Numbered from the stretch's first letter, positions 10,872 to 20,915 are shown. The stretch: 64,000 nt of DNA from Methanobacteriota archaeon (GCA_018659375.1 JABJMO010000064.1:3876-67875); one strand, 5' to 3'. Made by a program: numbers and translations. Notes: generated from the sequence alone by a model not told the origin.

Positions 10872-12665
10872 TCAGTAAACATCTCGCAGATACCGCTTTT
10901 GTTCCTTCATCATCGTCTTTTCTATGAAATGGGTGGCATCAGACTCTGACATCCCACCGTGGTCAATTGCAATATTGATCAAGGCTTTATGTACATCTTT
11001 TGCCATGTATGTTTTGTCACCACAGATATAAAAATACGCGCCGTTTTCAAACCATTCCCAGATTTCTGCACCGTGTTCTTTTAATCTGTGTTGTACGTAG
11101 ATTTTTTCCGCTTGGTCCCTAGACCATGCTGTGGTAAACCGATACAAATGACCGCCATCTAACCAAGATTCTATGGTGTCTTTGTAATAGAACTCTGTTT
11201 TGGCAGATTGGTCGCCGAAAAATAACCAATTGCGACCGCTACCACCATCGAAAACCCTCTGCTCCATGAATGCTCTAAACGGAGCAATACCGGTGCCTGG
11301 ACCGACCATTATGATGTCGGTCTCAGTTTCTTTGGGTAAGACGAACGATTTTGTTGGCGACATGAAAACTCCAACTCTTTGTTGACCTGTTGAGATTTCG
11401 TCAGCCATAAATTGAGTGGCCAGCCCGCCTCGGTCCCTACCGTGATAACTGAATCGAACAATTCCAACGGTTAATTCTACCAAACCTGGGTGAGCATCAT
11501 GAGATGATGCTATCGAATACAATCTTGGCTTAACCCTGCCTGCTAACTCGAAAAATTCTTCTGGAGAATACTTTGCAGAAAACTCTCTCATAATGTCAAC
11601 GTAATCCCTTGTCCAAAGGTAATCTTCCATTGCTTTCTGATCAGTGATTAGATGTTCTACTTTTTCAGCAGGGGTGTTAGAAGGCGCACTAGGAGATAAT
11701 TCTGGGGGCAGTAATTCTTGCTCACTTGCCGACCATTGCTGCCCAGCTCTTGAGCGAGAAACCATTTTTACCGTAATCTTAATACCGGTAGAAACTACTT
11801 TTTCTGCTAGAGATTGAACAAACTTCTTACTTGCCAAATGTACTTCATAATCTTTTTTCAAGGCCTCATAAATAGTGCGCTCGCCATTGTGTGTAGTCAC
11901 TATTTGATCTCTGTCCCAGCCTTGAACCTCTAACAACTCTTCAACTATGTGAGGAGGGTTTTCTGGCACTACACCAAGAGCATCTCCCACTTTGTAATCA
12001 AGTCCTGATTTGCCTAATTCAAACACTATGTGTCTGGTCTCTTTTTTCGAGCCTTCACCATTCAAAACATAATTTTCTATTATGTTTGTATAATATGGAT
12101 TTTTCGCACTCCATTCAGACTTTGTTTCCGCTTTGGTCGACTTCACTTCGGCTACGACTTCGATTACTGGGGCTTCCACAACCTCTTCCTCAGAAGTGAT
12201 TGGAATTTGAAGTGCCGCCATTGCAGGAATAGCCTTATCGACCCACTGCTGCCATTCCGGTTCAAAATCAACGTCACATAATTGAATTTCAGTAGTACGG
12301 TTAGCTCCAAGTTCGAGAAGTTTGTTGTCCCAATCTATGCCTGCTTGACAAAATTCATCGTACGAAGTATCACCAATTGCGCAAATTGAAAAATTTAGGC
12401 CGTTTAATTGGAGACTGGATTCACATACTGAAGTCCACAAATCTTCGGCGTTATCAGGCATTTCACCTTCTCCCCAAGTTGAAGTAATAATCAGAATTCT
12501 TTTGTGATTAGCGAAATTTGCCGCTCCAAAACCGTCCATATCATACACTTTAGCGTCGAGACCCGCCTTGTCTGCAAGTTTCTTGGTGCTATCTGCAAGT
12601 TCTTCGGCATTACCGGTCTGTGACCCAAAAAGGATTGCTAACGAATTGTCATTATTGGCTGCCAT
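10872..12665 (-). CDS. Diflavin (FMN/FAD) NADPH reductase, CysJ/sulfite reductase flavoprotein-like
   Basis: Flavodoxin motifs GSQTGNAE and TSTWGEGEMPDN; FAD motif RLYSIASS; MVGPGTGIAPFRAF, YICGD, C-terminal RDVY. Start set after GGTGA RBS. Confidence 0.88.
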   Translation of the reverse strand: MAANNDNSLAILFGSQTGNAEELADSTKKLADKAGLDAKVYDMDGFGAANFANHKRILIITSTWGEGEMPDNAEDLWTSVCESSLQLNGLNFSICAIGDTSYDEFCQAGIDWDNKLLELGANRTTEIQLCDVDFEPEWQQWVDKAIPAMAALQIPITSEEEVVEAPVIEVVAEVKSTKAETKSEWSAKNPYYTNIIENYVLNGEGSKKETRHIVFELGKSGLDYKVGDALGVVPENPPHIVEELLEVQGWDRDQIVTTHNGERTIYEALKKDYEVHLASKKFVQSLAEKVVSTGIKITVKMVSRSRAGQQWSASEQELLPPELSPSAPSNTPAEKVEHLITDQKAMEDYLWTRDYVDIMREFSAKYSPEEFFELAGRVKPRLYSIASSHDAHPGLVELTVGIVRFSYHGRDRGGLATQFMADEISTGQQRVGVFMSPTKSFVLPKETETDIIMVGPGTGIAPFRAFMEQRVFDGGSGRNWLFFGDQSAKTEFYYKDTIESWLDGGHLYRFTTAWSRDQAEKIYVQHRLKEHGAEIWEWFENGAYFYICGDKTYMAKDVHKALINIAIDHGGMSESDATHFIEKTMMKEQKRYLRDVY

Positions 12666-12803
12666 AGAGTCACCACTGCTCAATCACGAGCAATGCTCCC
12701 TATCGGCGGGGGTAATTGAAGGTTCGGAAATGCCATTGACATGGACTGAACTTGCACATAATTCAACCGATTAACACAATACCTACTGCCCTCTAGGGGA
12801 AAC

Positions 12804-13598
12804 ATGGCGCATGAGATAGTGATGCTTGGCACTGGAAATGCTTTTCTGCCAAACGGTAGGCACCATTCCTTCGCCATATTTGATCAGCGGCATATCATAG
12901 ATGCACCGCCTACAGCACTAATCTCATTACGTCAAAAGGGCTTGAAAGTAAGCGATATTGAAACTATATTCATAACTCATTTACACGGTGACCATATTTT
13001 TGGCTTACCTTTTCTATTGCTTGAAAGAACCTATATTTCAGATCGTGAACTAGTTAATCCGTTGACTATAGTTGCAGCACCCGGTGCTAGGCAACGTATC
13101 GAGCAACTGTGTGATATTGCTTACCCAGGGTCGATGGAAAGGATACTAAAAAAGGTAAGATGGGATGAAAATAGCAAGGGTAGGACTGAGGATGGATGGT
13201 CTTGGGAGAGATTTATGGTAAATCACGATGATTCTGTCGATCCTTTTGGCTATGCGTTCTCCTCAGATGATGGTGCTAAATTTATCCACAGTGGTGATTC
13301 TGGCCCTTGTGAACCGTTATACAGCGCAATATCTGATACTGATTTAGTGATTATTGAAATGGCCATTCCTGAATGGGTACCAAGTGAACACCATCATAAA
13401 CCATCAGATATTGATAATTTAAGTAAAGCTCATACCAACAAGAAATTCATCATAACTCATACCTTCATCGACTCAGCAAATTCTTCGTTTGAAAAAATAA
13501 CTGAAAAGGTATTTCCACAACACCAAAATAATGTCTACCATGTTGATGATGGAACAGTTATTTCATGGGATAATTTTTGGCAAGTTGGCGAAAAGTAA
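12804..13598 (+). CDS. Metallo-beta-lactamase-fold hydrolase (RNase Z-like)
   Basis: LGTG, THLHGDH, HSGDS and TH motifs. Confidence 0.8.
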   Translation: MAHEIVMLGTGNAFLPNGRHHSFAIFDQRHIIDAPPTALISLRQKGLKVSDIETIFITHLHGDHIFGLPFLLLERTYISDRELVNPLTIVAAPGARQRIEQLCDIAYPGSMERILKKVRWDENSKGRTEDGWSWERFMVNHDDSVDPFGYAFSSDDGAKFIHSGDSGPCEPLYSAISDTDLVIIEMAIPEWVPSEHHHKPSDIDNLSKAHTNKKFIITHTFIDSANSSFEKITEKVFPQHQNNVYHVDDGTVISWDNFWQVGEK

Positions 13599-13744
13599 TA
13601 AAAAATATTTAACCTCGAATTGGTGTCCAATTGGGTATTGAAAATCAAATCCATAAGGCATACTTATGAGGGGGACTCGGACTGGGAGAGTCATCGCGCA
13701 TTTGTCTTTATTGGGATTTGCCGACTTGTAGGAGGAATAAACAG

Positions 13745-14986
13745 TTGACTGAGAACATATTCGATGGGTATCTCTCTCGGAACACTTTGTTCACAAATAA
13801 GGAATTCCTCCGCCATAATTACCACCCAGAAAATCTACCGCACAGGAAAAACGAGATCGAAATTCTTTCGTTTAATCTTGTTGAAGCATTGAAAGGACAC
13901 ATTCCATCTAATATGACATTGTATGGTGTTACAGGAGCAGGAAAAACCGCGGTCACTAATTATGTTTGTAACCAACTTGAAGAGAAAGGCAAGCAATTAG
14001 ATCGCCCTGTTCAATCAATAATCGTCAACTGCCGTCAAATCGATACTCAATACAGAGTGTTAAGCCATATTGGGAATTCATTACTGGAAGATTATGAGAT
14101 TGATGAGATACCATTCACAGGATGGCCAACTGACCGAGTATTTGGAGAACTAGTAAAACGAATGGACTCTAGAGAGGGAGTATTTGTCATCGTTCTAGAT
14201 GAGATTGACCACTTGGTCAAGAAGGTTGGCGATGACTTATTGTATAATTTGACCAACCTGAATTCTTCGCTAAAGAAGGCACGTTCTTGTGTAATTGGCA
14301 TTTCCAATGATTTGAAATTTACAGACTTCCTAGATCCTAGAGTTAGATCTAGACTTGGCCAACTCGATGTGATTTTCAATCCTTACGATGCCCAACAATT
14401 ACAAGATATCCTCAGAGAAAGAGTCACTATAGCACTACAAGAAAATGTTCTTGGAGATGGCGTCATTGAAATGTGTGCAGCTCTGGCAGCCCAAGAACAT
14501 GGAGACGCAAGATGCGCACTTGATTTGCTTAGAGTCTCTGCTGAAAAAGCAGAATTGGGCGGGTCGCTCAAAGTAGAGCAAAGTCACGTCAAAATTGCTC
14601 AGCATCAAATTGAAGCAGACCAAATGACACCGGTAATAGCAAAGTTACCAAACCAACAAAAGATTGTTCTTTCATCAATTTTAATCAATGAGAGGAACGG
14701 TTTGAAAAATATACAAACCGGAGAAGTTTATTCAATTTACTCTCAAGCATGCCGGTATTTAGGAACCAATGCACTGACCCAAAGAAGGGTTTCTGGTTTA
14801 ATTTCTAATTTGGACATGTTGGGACTGATTACTGCTAGAACAATAAGCAAGGGGCGTTATGGACGTTCCAAAGAAATTAATTCTTGCATTCCACAAAACA
14901 TTAATCCAAGTGAAATAATGACAAACTCCGAACCAGAATTACAAGGAATGTTCAATAATATCTACAAATATCAGACTAGATTGTGA
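13745..14986 (+). CDS. cdc6: Orc1/Cdc6 replication initiator
   Basis: P.LPHR, Walker A GVTGAGKT, Walker B VLDEID, LDPRVRSRL, EHGDAR.ALDLLR, C-terminal wH SKGRYGR. TTG start at 13745 follows GGAGG. Confidence 0.95.
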   Translation: MTENIFDGYLSRNTLFTNKEFLRHNYHPENLPHRKNEIEILSFNLVEALKGHIPSNMTLYGVTGAGKTAVTNYVCNQLEEKGKQLDRPVQSIIVNCRQIDTQYRVLSHIGNSLLEDYEIDEIPFTGWPTDRVFGELVKRMDSREGVFVIVLDEIDHLVKKVGDDLLYNLTNLNSSLKKARSCVIGISNDLKFTDFLDPRVRSRLGQLDVIFNPYDAQQLQDILRERVTIALQENVLGDGVIEMCAALAAQEHGDARCALDLLRVSAEKAELGGSLKVEQSHVKIAQHQIEADQMTPVIAKLPNQQKIVLSSILINERNGLKNIQTGEVYSIYSQACRYLGTNALTQRRVSGLISNLDMLGLITARTISKGRYGRSKEINSCIPQNINPSEIMTNSEPELQGMFNNIYKYQTRL

Positions 14987-15043
14987 TTTTAACATATTTT
15001 TATGGTTCGGTGTACTTATAATCACATGGCAGGTGGGCAGCGC

Positions 15044-15607
15044 ATGAGCGAAGTTAATGAGACGGAAGAAGGATTTGTTCAGATGATTCTGAACCCATCC
15101 AAAACTATGTCAAACTGGTTCGTTGGTATTGGTATGTTGGGAATATTCCTAGCAGTCCTCAACTTGATGGGTGAAGTTCACCCCAACTACCGAGTTTCTT
15201 GGGGAGGGGTGTTTACCTTTGAAGCAACTAACAAGGCTTTTGAAGATTTAGACACTGCTTCCAGTTTTGTAATCTCTGATGCGATATTCATCGCCCTGTG
15301 CGGTGGACTAGCGGCAATTGGTTTGAAGACAATAAACAACCAAGAAGGTGGAATTCAATCTTGGCTGAAATCAATTTTTGTTAATGACATCTGGATGTCC
15401 CTAGCTGACCCTGACCTTGGAGGTTGGTTCAAGACACTTGGTGCGTGGTGTTTACTACTTGGTGTAGTCAACTATCTTTACTTCGGCATATGTGCAACTG
15501 GGTGGATTGATCCTGGAGTGTATTCGGTAACAATCGGATTGATGGCTTTTGGATTTGCTTTGATTTACTCGGCTAATTCACCAGAAGCAGAGGAAATAAG
15601 GGCTTGA
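15044..15607 (+). CDS. Hypothetical multi-pass membrane protein
   Basis: About 4 hydrophobic segments; start uncertain (15002-15044). Confidence 0.7.
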   Translation: MSEVNETEEGFVQMILNPSKTMSNWFVGIGMLGIFLAVLNLMGEVHPNYRVSWGGVFTFEATNKAFEDLDTASSFVISDAIFIALCGGLAAIGLKTINNQEGGIQSWLKSIFVNDIWMSLADPDLGGWFKTLGAWCLLLGVVNYLYFGICATGWIDPGVYSVTIGLMAFGFALIYSANSPEAEEIRA

Positions 15608-15608
15608 A

Positions 15609-16721
15609 CTAGAACTCGTGGCCGTTTCTCTTTAACACGCCGTCCATAACCCCAAGAATTAGGCCACGCCATAATGACATACTCCATTGCAAAATCAAGC
15701 CTTTTAGTCCAAAGTATACTAGAATCCTGTTACCATCACTGGTTGCTAAAGCACTACGATTAACAACTCCAAGGGGACCGCGCCAAAGGATTATTTCTTG
15801 GATTATTATCATGGAAATAGAAACTATCAAAACATTCGTCTGCCACCATGTTTCAATCTCCTCCCAATTCCGCTCACTAGTAGTCAAAAATAAGTAAAAG
15901 AACGGTAGGCTACTTGCTATTGCAACTATCCATAGTGGCAATACTGCGAGAACCATAGTTGAACTGCCAATAAAATCTAGGTCTGGACCCTTCCTACGAC
16001 GTTTCGGATATTTTCTCATAATTCTAACGTGTGCCCGAGCATCTCTCAAACGCTTAGCAAGGAATCGCTTTCTACCAGATTCAGCAACATGGGCAACTAC
16101 TGCTTCAGGAGCGTAAACAATTGTCCCACCATTATCAATTAATTTCAAACTAACTTCCATATCCTCTGCATGATACCAACTAGGATGAAAACCTCCAATT
16201 TCAATTAAAGATTGACGATGAAACATTGAACAAGGTCCGTTAGCCAAACTTGTTCTTCTTGGTCGTGAACGATATTTTGATTCAATTTCTACTGAGCGTA
16301 GATGGCTAACTAGGTCATTTGCACGTTCAAATATTGTTCGCCCAGTAACTGCTACAATTTTTTCATCGCTAGTTAGTGGAGTGGCCTCGCTAAACAAATT
16401 GGAAATCCAGTTTTGTGATGGTCTAACATCTATATCGGTAATTGCTACCCATTCTCCCCGGCTATTATCCAAAGCCAATTTACGTCCTGCTGACAAACCT
16501 TCTGCATCTTGGATTAAAATATTGGTTGGGATTTCATCATCCGGTGCGTGCCATGCGAGCAATTTATCTTTCGAGCCATCTGTAGAACCGTCATCAACGG
16601 CAATAATTTCAAGTGGCCGATAGGTTTGGTTTTTTAACGCTTCTAGGCAGCCATCTACCCAATCTTTTCCATCTCTAACACATACTGTGATTGAAATTAG
16701 CGGATTCCCTAACGCAGTCAT
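15609..16721 (-). CDS. GT2-family glycosyltransferase with C-terminal TM segments
   Basis: VDDGSTDGS, DxD (TDIDV), AED motif, R..RDAR. Confidence 0.9.
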   Translation of the reverse strand: MTALGNPLISITVCVRDGKDWVDGCLEALKNQTYRPLEIIAVDDGSTDGSKDKLLAWHAPDDEIPTNILIQDAEGLSAGRKLALDNSRGEWVAITDIDVRPSQNWISNLFSEATPLTSDEKIVAVTGRTIFERANDLVSHLRSVEIESKYRSRPRRTSLANGPCSMFHRQSLIEIGGFHPSWYHAEDMEVSLKLIDNGGTIVYAPEAVVAHVAESGRKRFLAKRLRDARAHVRIMRKYPKRRRKGPDLDFIGSSTMVLAVLPLWIVAIASSLPFFYLFLTTSERNWEEIETWWQTNVLIVSISMIIIQEIILWRGPLGVVNRSALATSDGNRILVYFGLKGLILQWSMSLWRGLILGVMDGVLKRNGHEF

Positions 16722-17740
16722 CCAATCACCTCAAACTGTGATAATATATTTCGACATCTTTCTTTTACTGACAGAGAAGTAATTTGAACGACTACACCAA
16801 CCTTTGGTTGGCCATAGATAACCACGGTACCAATTGGCGCTAAGCAATGAATTATGATTGGGGCTAAGTCTTCTTCTCCTTCAACATTGATTAATGTCTT
16901 TTGATTACTTGCTAATGCTTGTTTTATTGAACTTATCATTGATGGTGAGATATGACCCGGTGGATTGTTATTGTGCAAATGATTTTGAAACTGTACAGTA
17001 GATACCTTTTCCGAATCATCTAACTCTTGCCGTTTTGTCATGCCATCGATTATCCCGATATCTGGAACTATCTCCAAATCTAACATGGTTGCCACAGATA
17101 CATCACCCACTGCCACAATAGATCCATGAATTGGTGATAGAGACTCTAGTGCTTCAGTCATTGCCACCTCTGGTAAGTCTTCAGGCCCAGGAAACAAAGA
17201 ACCCATTGGAGTTTTTAGTTCAGAATCTAGTGAGTAGTTCATCTTCAACATTTGTTGAGTTTTATCATGTTCAATCCATGGATTACCATCCGTGTCAATA
17301 ACTCCACTTCTAATTCTAGTACTACTGATAATGGCCCCTGAGTAATCAATCATATGAGGAACTTCTAGTATCGATAATTCACCCAAGCCTGAAGATTTAC
17401 GCATTCGGTTTATTTGATCACAATTACTGGTTGTTTCCGGCGTGGCTACTATCGCATCCGCTTTTTTATGCACAGGAGCTGGCCCAAATGCATCATTGAG
17501 AGTGAATATCTTGACACCGTGGTGAGATTTTTGATTCAACCAATCAAGAATTTTATGAGTTCTATCTTCATAAGATTGTATTAGGTTGGATTTTTTGCTA
17601 GCCAAGGTGTCATTAACAACATGTATTTCGACACTTTTAGACCTTGAAATAGCCACTGAAAGTAGTAATTTGTGACCGGCATGAAACCTATCAAAGGTCC
17701 CTCCAACCAAGCAACATTCAAACTTGGAACCAGTTGCCAT
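16718..17740 (-). CDS. coaD: Fused phosphopantetheine adenylyltransferase / GTP-dependent dephospho-CoA kinase (DUF359)
   Basis: N-terminal GGTFDRFHAGH and ISSTRIR; C-terminal VGDV, IIDGMTKR, NPPG.I, VEGEEDLA, YGQP..GVV. Confidence 0.88.
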   Translation of the reverse strand: MATGSKFECCLVGGTFDRFHAGHKLLLSVAISRSKSVEIHVVNDTLASKKSNLIQSYEDRTHKILDWLNQKSHHGVKIFTLNDAFGPAPVHKKADAIVATPETTSNCDQINRMRKSSGLGELSILEVPHMIDYSGAIISSTRIRSGVIDTDGNPWIEHDKTQQMLKMNYSLDSELKTPMGSLFPGPEDLPEVAMTEALESLSPIHGSIVAVGDVSVATMLDLEIVPDIGIIDGMTKRQELDDSEKVSTVQFQNHLHNNNPPGHISPSMISSIKQALASNQKTLINVEGEEDLAPIIIHCLAPIGTVVIYGQPKVGVVVQITSLSVKERCRNILSQFEVIG

Positions 17741-17824
17741 GGTTATACTGTAATCTCTTTCGCCTTTGAGTTAATCGCTAAAATTTGAGCAAGAATGGCT
17801 ATTTGTAGCCTCTAGTAAAATGAG

Positions 17825-18092
17825 CACTGTGCCCCAGCTCCTAACGGCCTATTTCATCGCAATGCTCCAAGGCCTGACCCTCGGTGCTGGGGCGTGCTGT
17901 TTGATAGGGTGGTTGTCTTGAGTTCATCCTGACGTCGCACAAGGACCCATAACCTATCAATTGGTTTACCGCTTTTGCACCAAAATTCACTCCCCTAAGG
18001 GTCATTTTGGTCTTCGATAGCGGACCGCACATTGGTATCGGACTTCATTGCAATTTCACAGTAGCTCCGCCCGATGTTGCTAGTGCGGCAAC
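17825..18092 (-). ncRNA. Putative four-hairpin box H/ACA pseudouridylation guide RNA
   Basis: Four tandem ~55-65-nt hairpins (18089-18024, 18023-17969, 17960-17901, 17893-17831). Each has an internal pocket and an apical K-turn/K-loop (GA...RUGA). ACA directly follows hairpins 3 and 4. Pockets are complementary to conserved 23S rRNA motifs. Confidence 0.82.
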
Positions 18093-18126
18093 TTCGTCTA
18101 ATCGTTATGCTAAATGAAGCCATCGT

Positions 18127-20646
18127 TCATACGAGGTTTTTGTAAAAAGATATTCCAAATAATAAGGATGCGATTTCTTCGTCTCCTTCGTTGAAGATAC
18201 TTGCAGAAAAGTCTGGCCATTCTTGGAACTCTCTGAGCAAGTACCCAACCATCGGATGAGTTCGACCAGGTGCAACATCAGTTGATTCTTCCAGACTTGA
18301 AATCATGTCGTACAAATCCATTAAAGAATCTTTAGCTTCACAGTCCGTCATCACCGGAATAAAAATTATCTCTCCACTACTTGGTATGTTTCTGGTAAAA
18401 CGCTTCGGAAAACCTGGAGGACCACAGACCTCTCCATCCAATCTAGCAATTAATGCTGGCCAAGGCAATCTATTGGCTGCCAGCCATCGCCTTCCCGCAG
18501 AACTACTTAGTTGATTCAATAACCAGTTTGATGAATCATCATACCACCATTTATACGGGAATAACTTCATGTAATTCCTCATTGAGGTACTGGAAATAAC
18601 TTCACCATTCATCAGACTTGTAACATAACTACTCCAATTGTAAAGAATTGAATCCTTCGGATGAATCATTGAAGCATTTCTCACCTTATCTAAGACTCCA
18701 AAACGGTCATTGTGTTCTACAGAATTATTTGGAAATAATGTAGCAAGTATCTCTTGAGCAAAAAGGGGACCATCTAGCCAATAATCAACCGAACGTTGAA
18801 TTAATTCAGTAAAATCATCTGGTAACTCTTTACTGGCTAACAAAATACAAGCAGAAAGATTGACCGCTGACTTTGAGTCAAGGAAATGCGACATCTGTAT
18901 TAGCAATTGATTATTTTTGACAAAATATTCAGAAATATAGATTATTGATTTCTTCTGCCAAGTTCTACTGCCTTTAGAAAAACTAGAAATTATTACTTCA
19001 ATATTGTCGATGTTTATTTCCAGTAAATCTGCCCACTTATTGGGTAGATTTCCAACGATCCTAATCCATCTGCTTTTCCTATTTCTATTTGGAGTAGCAA
19101 TCCATGCCGCCAATGGATTATGAAGTTCTATTTTATTGGCCCATTCCTCATTCCCCTCTGGATAGAAATTCATAGCCTGCCAAATCTCCTTACGATATTC
19201 AAAATTGGCTTCCTTATTTGTCAAACAATCTAAGTCCCATGATTTGCCAGAATGTGACCTGACAAGTTCTTCCGCATTTCGAGGCACTGAGTTGTGTGTA
19301 ATTGGTGAGGAAACGTCAGGACCTGTGCTAAGTTTAATGGTCAGAGAATGCTCTCTTGAAAGTTGAAGTTTTACTGTCGCTAATTCCCGCAATGATACTA
19401 ATTTTGCTAACGCTGAATTTATCTCCGTTATATCCCCATGCTTTGTCACTAGTAATCGACAATTATTTTCTCTCAAAATATACTCTAAGAAATCTAAATT
19501 CGCTAATATTGGCCAATTCCATTCAACTATGAATTCCAAATCACCCTTTGCCTTGATAAATTCAATTAGTGATTTCATACCGATTAGTGACAACCCCGAA
19601 ACTTCAATATTACCGGGGTTTTTGCTAACCCATTCACATTCACCAAAATCCCGTGAAATATCCCTTAGTAAAGCAAGTGATAATGAGTTATTTGAGTTAC
19701 TTGAGTTACTTATCAAACTCTTGGAAAGTGTTCTGTATCTCGCATTTAATTTAACAGAACTCATTCTTGGGTGTTTCATTTTTAACCAATTCGATAAGCA
19801 ACCAATGGGCAAAATTGTTTTTTGCGGTTTTATCAGATTATTGCGCATCACCACACAACCGTGAGAAAACGAATTAATCAGCATAGATGAATCTACTTTG
19901 GAAGTTAAATGTGCATGTAGTCTATTTTTCCATGAAACTGAAATGTCAGAATCTACGATCTCACCAATTTTATTGTCGCCACTTGAGAGAATCTCCGGTA
20001 AATTTTCTTCCGACATGGCAGGAGCGTCAAACCAAGTACCTGCGTTAACGTTCCATTGTTCATCACTGTTTAGTAAATTAGCTCTAACAATCGCAAAGGA
20101 ATTAGATTGCTCAAACCATCCTTCAATGGTACCGAGATTGGATTTATTTGGTGGTTGTACTTTTTCTAAAGTTATTTTAGAATACCAATTTATCGAACTA
20201 GACTTCACTGATGCCCATCTTACCCCCATGCTTCCACTGGAATCTTTTTCCATTGAATCAATATCGAGATAAGGGTTTTCTGGTAGGCTAATTAGTGATT
20301 TAGGCGGATTTTTCACATAACAAAGAATGATTATTGGGCCTTTTGATTCTAGGACAACAGCATCATGATTTTGTGGGAGATTTATAGCGTGGAGTTTGTA
20401 TAATGCAATATAATCTTCATCCAAACGCATCCTACCTTGTTTGGTTATCTTGTGTATTGCCCCCCTGATGCCACTAGATTCATTACGTGACACTAAACCT
20501 TTATTTCTTAATTGACTAAGGGCGAGTGATGCATGCGGAGTTCTGATTTTAAGCGACTTCGAAATTTGTGAAACGGAGCCACCTGAGTCGATTAACCAAC
20601 TCAATATCCTACGATGATAACTACTTCTAATCCTTTTATTGGACAA
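18127..20646 (-). CDS. Large hypothetical protein with N-terminal winged helix-turn-helix
   Basis: SVSQISKSLKIRTPHASLALSQLRNKGLVSR...ITKQG (MarR/ArsR-like wHTH); Trp-rich helical remainder. TTG start at 20646 follows AGGTGA. Confidence 0.7.
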   Translation of the reverse strand: MSNKRIRSSYHRRILSWLIDSGGSVSQISKSLKIRTPHASLALSQLRNKGLVSRNESSGIRGAIHKITKQGRMRLDEDYIALYKLHAINLPQNHDAVVLESKGPIIILCYVKNPPKSLISLPENPYLDIDSMEKDSSGSMGVRWASVKSSSINWYSKITLEKVQPPNKSNLGTIEGWFEQSNSFAIVRANLLNSDEQWNVNAGTWFDAPAMSEENLPEILSSGDNKIGEIVDSDISVSWKNRLHAHLTSKVDSSMLINSFSHGCVVMRNNLIKPQKTILPIGCLSNWLKMKHPRMSSVKLNARYRTLSKSLISNSSNSNNSLSLALLRDISRDFGECEWVSKNPGNIEVSGLSLIGMKSLIEFIKAKGDLEFIVEWNWPILANLDFLEYILRENNCRLLVTKHGDITEINSALAKLVSLRELATVKLQLSREHSLTIKLSTGPDVSSPITHNSVPRNAEELVRSHSGKSWDLDCLTNKEANFEYRKEIWQAMNFYPEGNEEWANKIELHNPLAAWIATPNRNRKSRWIRIVGNLPNKWADLLEINIDNIEVIISSFSKGSRTWQKKSIIYISEYFVKNNQLLIQMSHFLDSKSAVNLSACILLASKELPDDFTELIQRSVDYWLDGPLFAQEILATLFPNNSVEHNDRFGVLDKVRNASMIHPKDSILYNWSSYVTSLMNGEVISSTSMRNYMKLFPYKWWYDDSSNWLLNQLSSSAGRRWLAANRLPWPALIARLDGEVCGPPGFPKRFTRNIPSSGEIIFIPVMTDCEAKDSLMDLYDMISSLEESTDVAPGRTHPMVGYLLREFQEWPDFSASIFNEGDEEIASLLFGISFYKNLV

Positions 20647-20915
20647 TAATGTCACCTTTAACCACACCAACAGAAGTTTGTTTATAATTTTAGCCATTAA
20701 TCCACCTTATAGTTACATTAAGTTACGTATTTCTATTGGAAAAGTACGGAGTAACTTACAACCAGTCATGACAAGTTCACTTTTTACACTTAATTTAGTA
20801 CCTAAATGTAACGACTTAGTAAAAATGGAGCAACTATTATATCAGCGACCGGCGTCCTGTAGTTTAGTGGCAATTATCCAATGGATATGCGCTACGTGAC
20901 AAAGAGATGATATTG

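Noticed and set aside
13599-13744. Replication origin next to cdc6
   Set aside because: Only ~145 bp. There is a CATAAG/CTTATG inverted repeat followed by a G5 string, but no repeated ORB (TCCA...GAAAC) elements and no extended unwinding element.
16718-17740. CoaD-DUF359 fusion as a novelty
   Set aside because: To my knowledge this fusion is already known in Thermoplasmata.
17841-18032. 63-aa ORF in the track
   Set aside because: Overlaps the structured RNA and has no recognisable motif; likely spurious.
17800-18125. RNase P RNA or SRP RNA as the identity of the structured intergenic region
   Set aside because: No convincing P4 pair (GAGGAA.GUCC / ACAGAA..GGCU) and no SRP helix-8 CAGG..GGAA..AGCA motif; repeated K-turn hairpins with ACA fit H/ACA much better.
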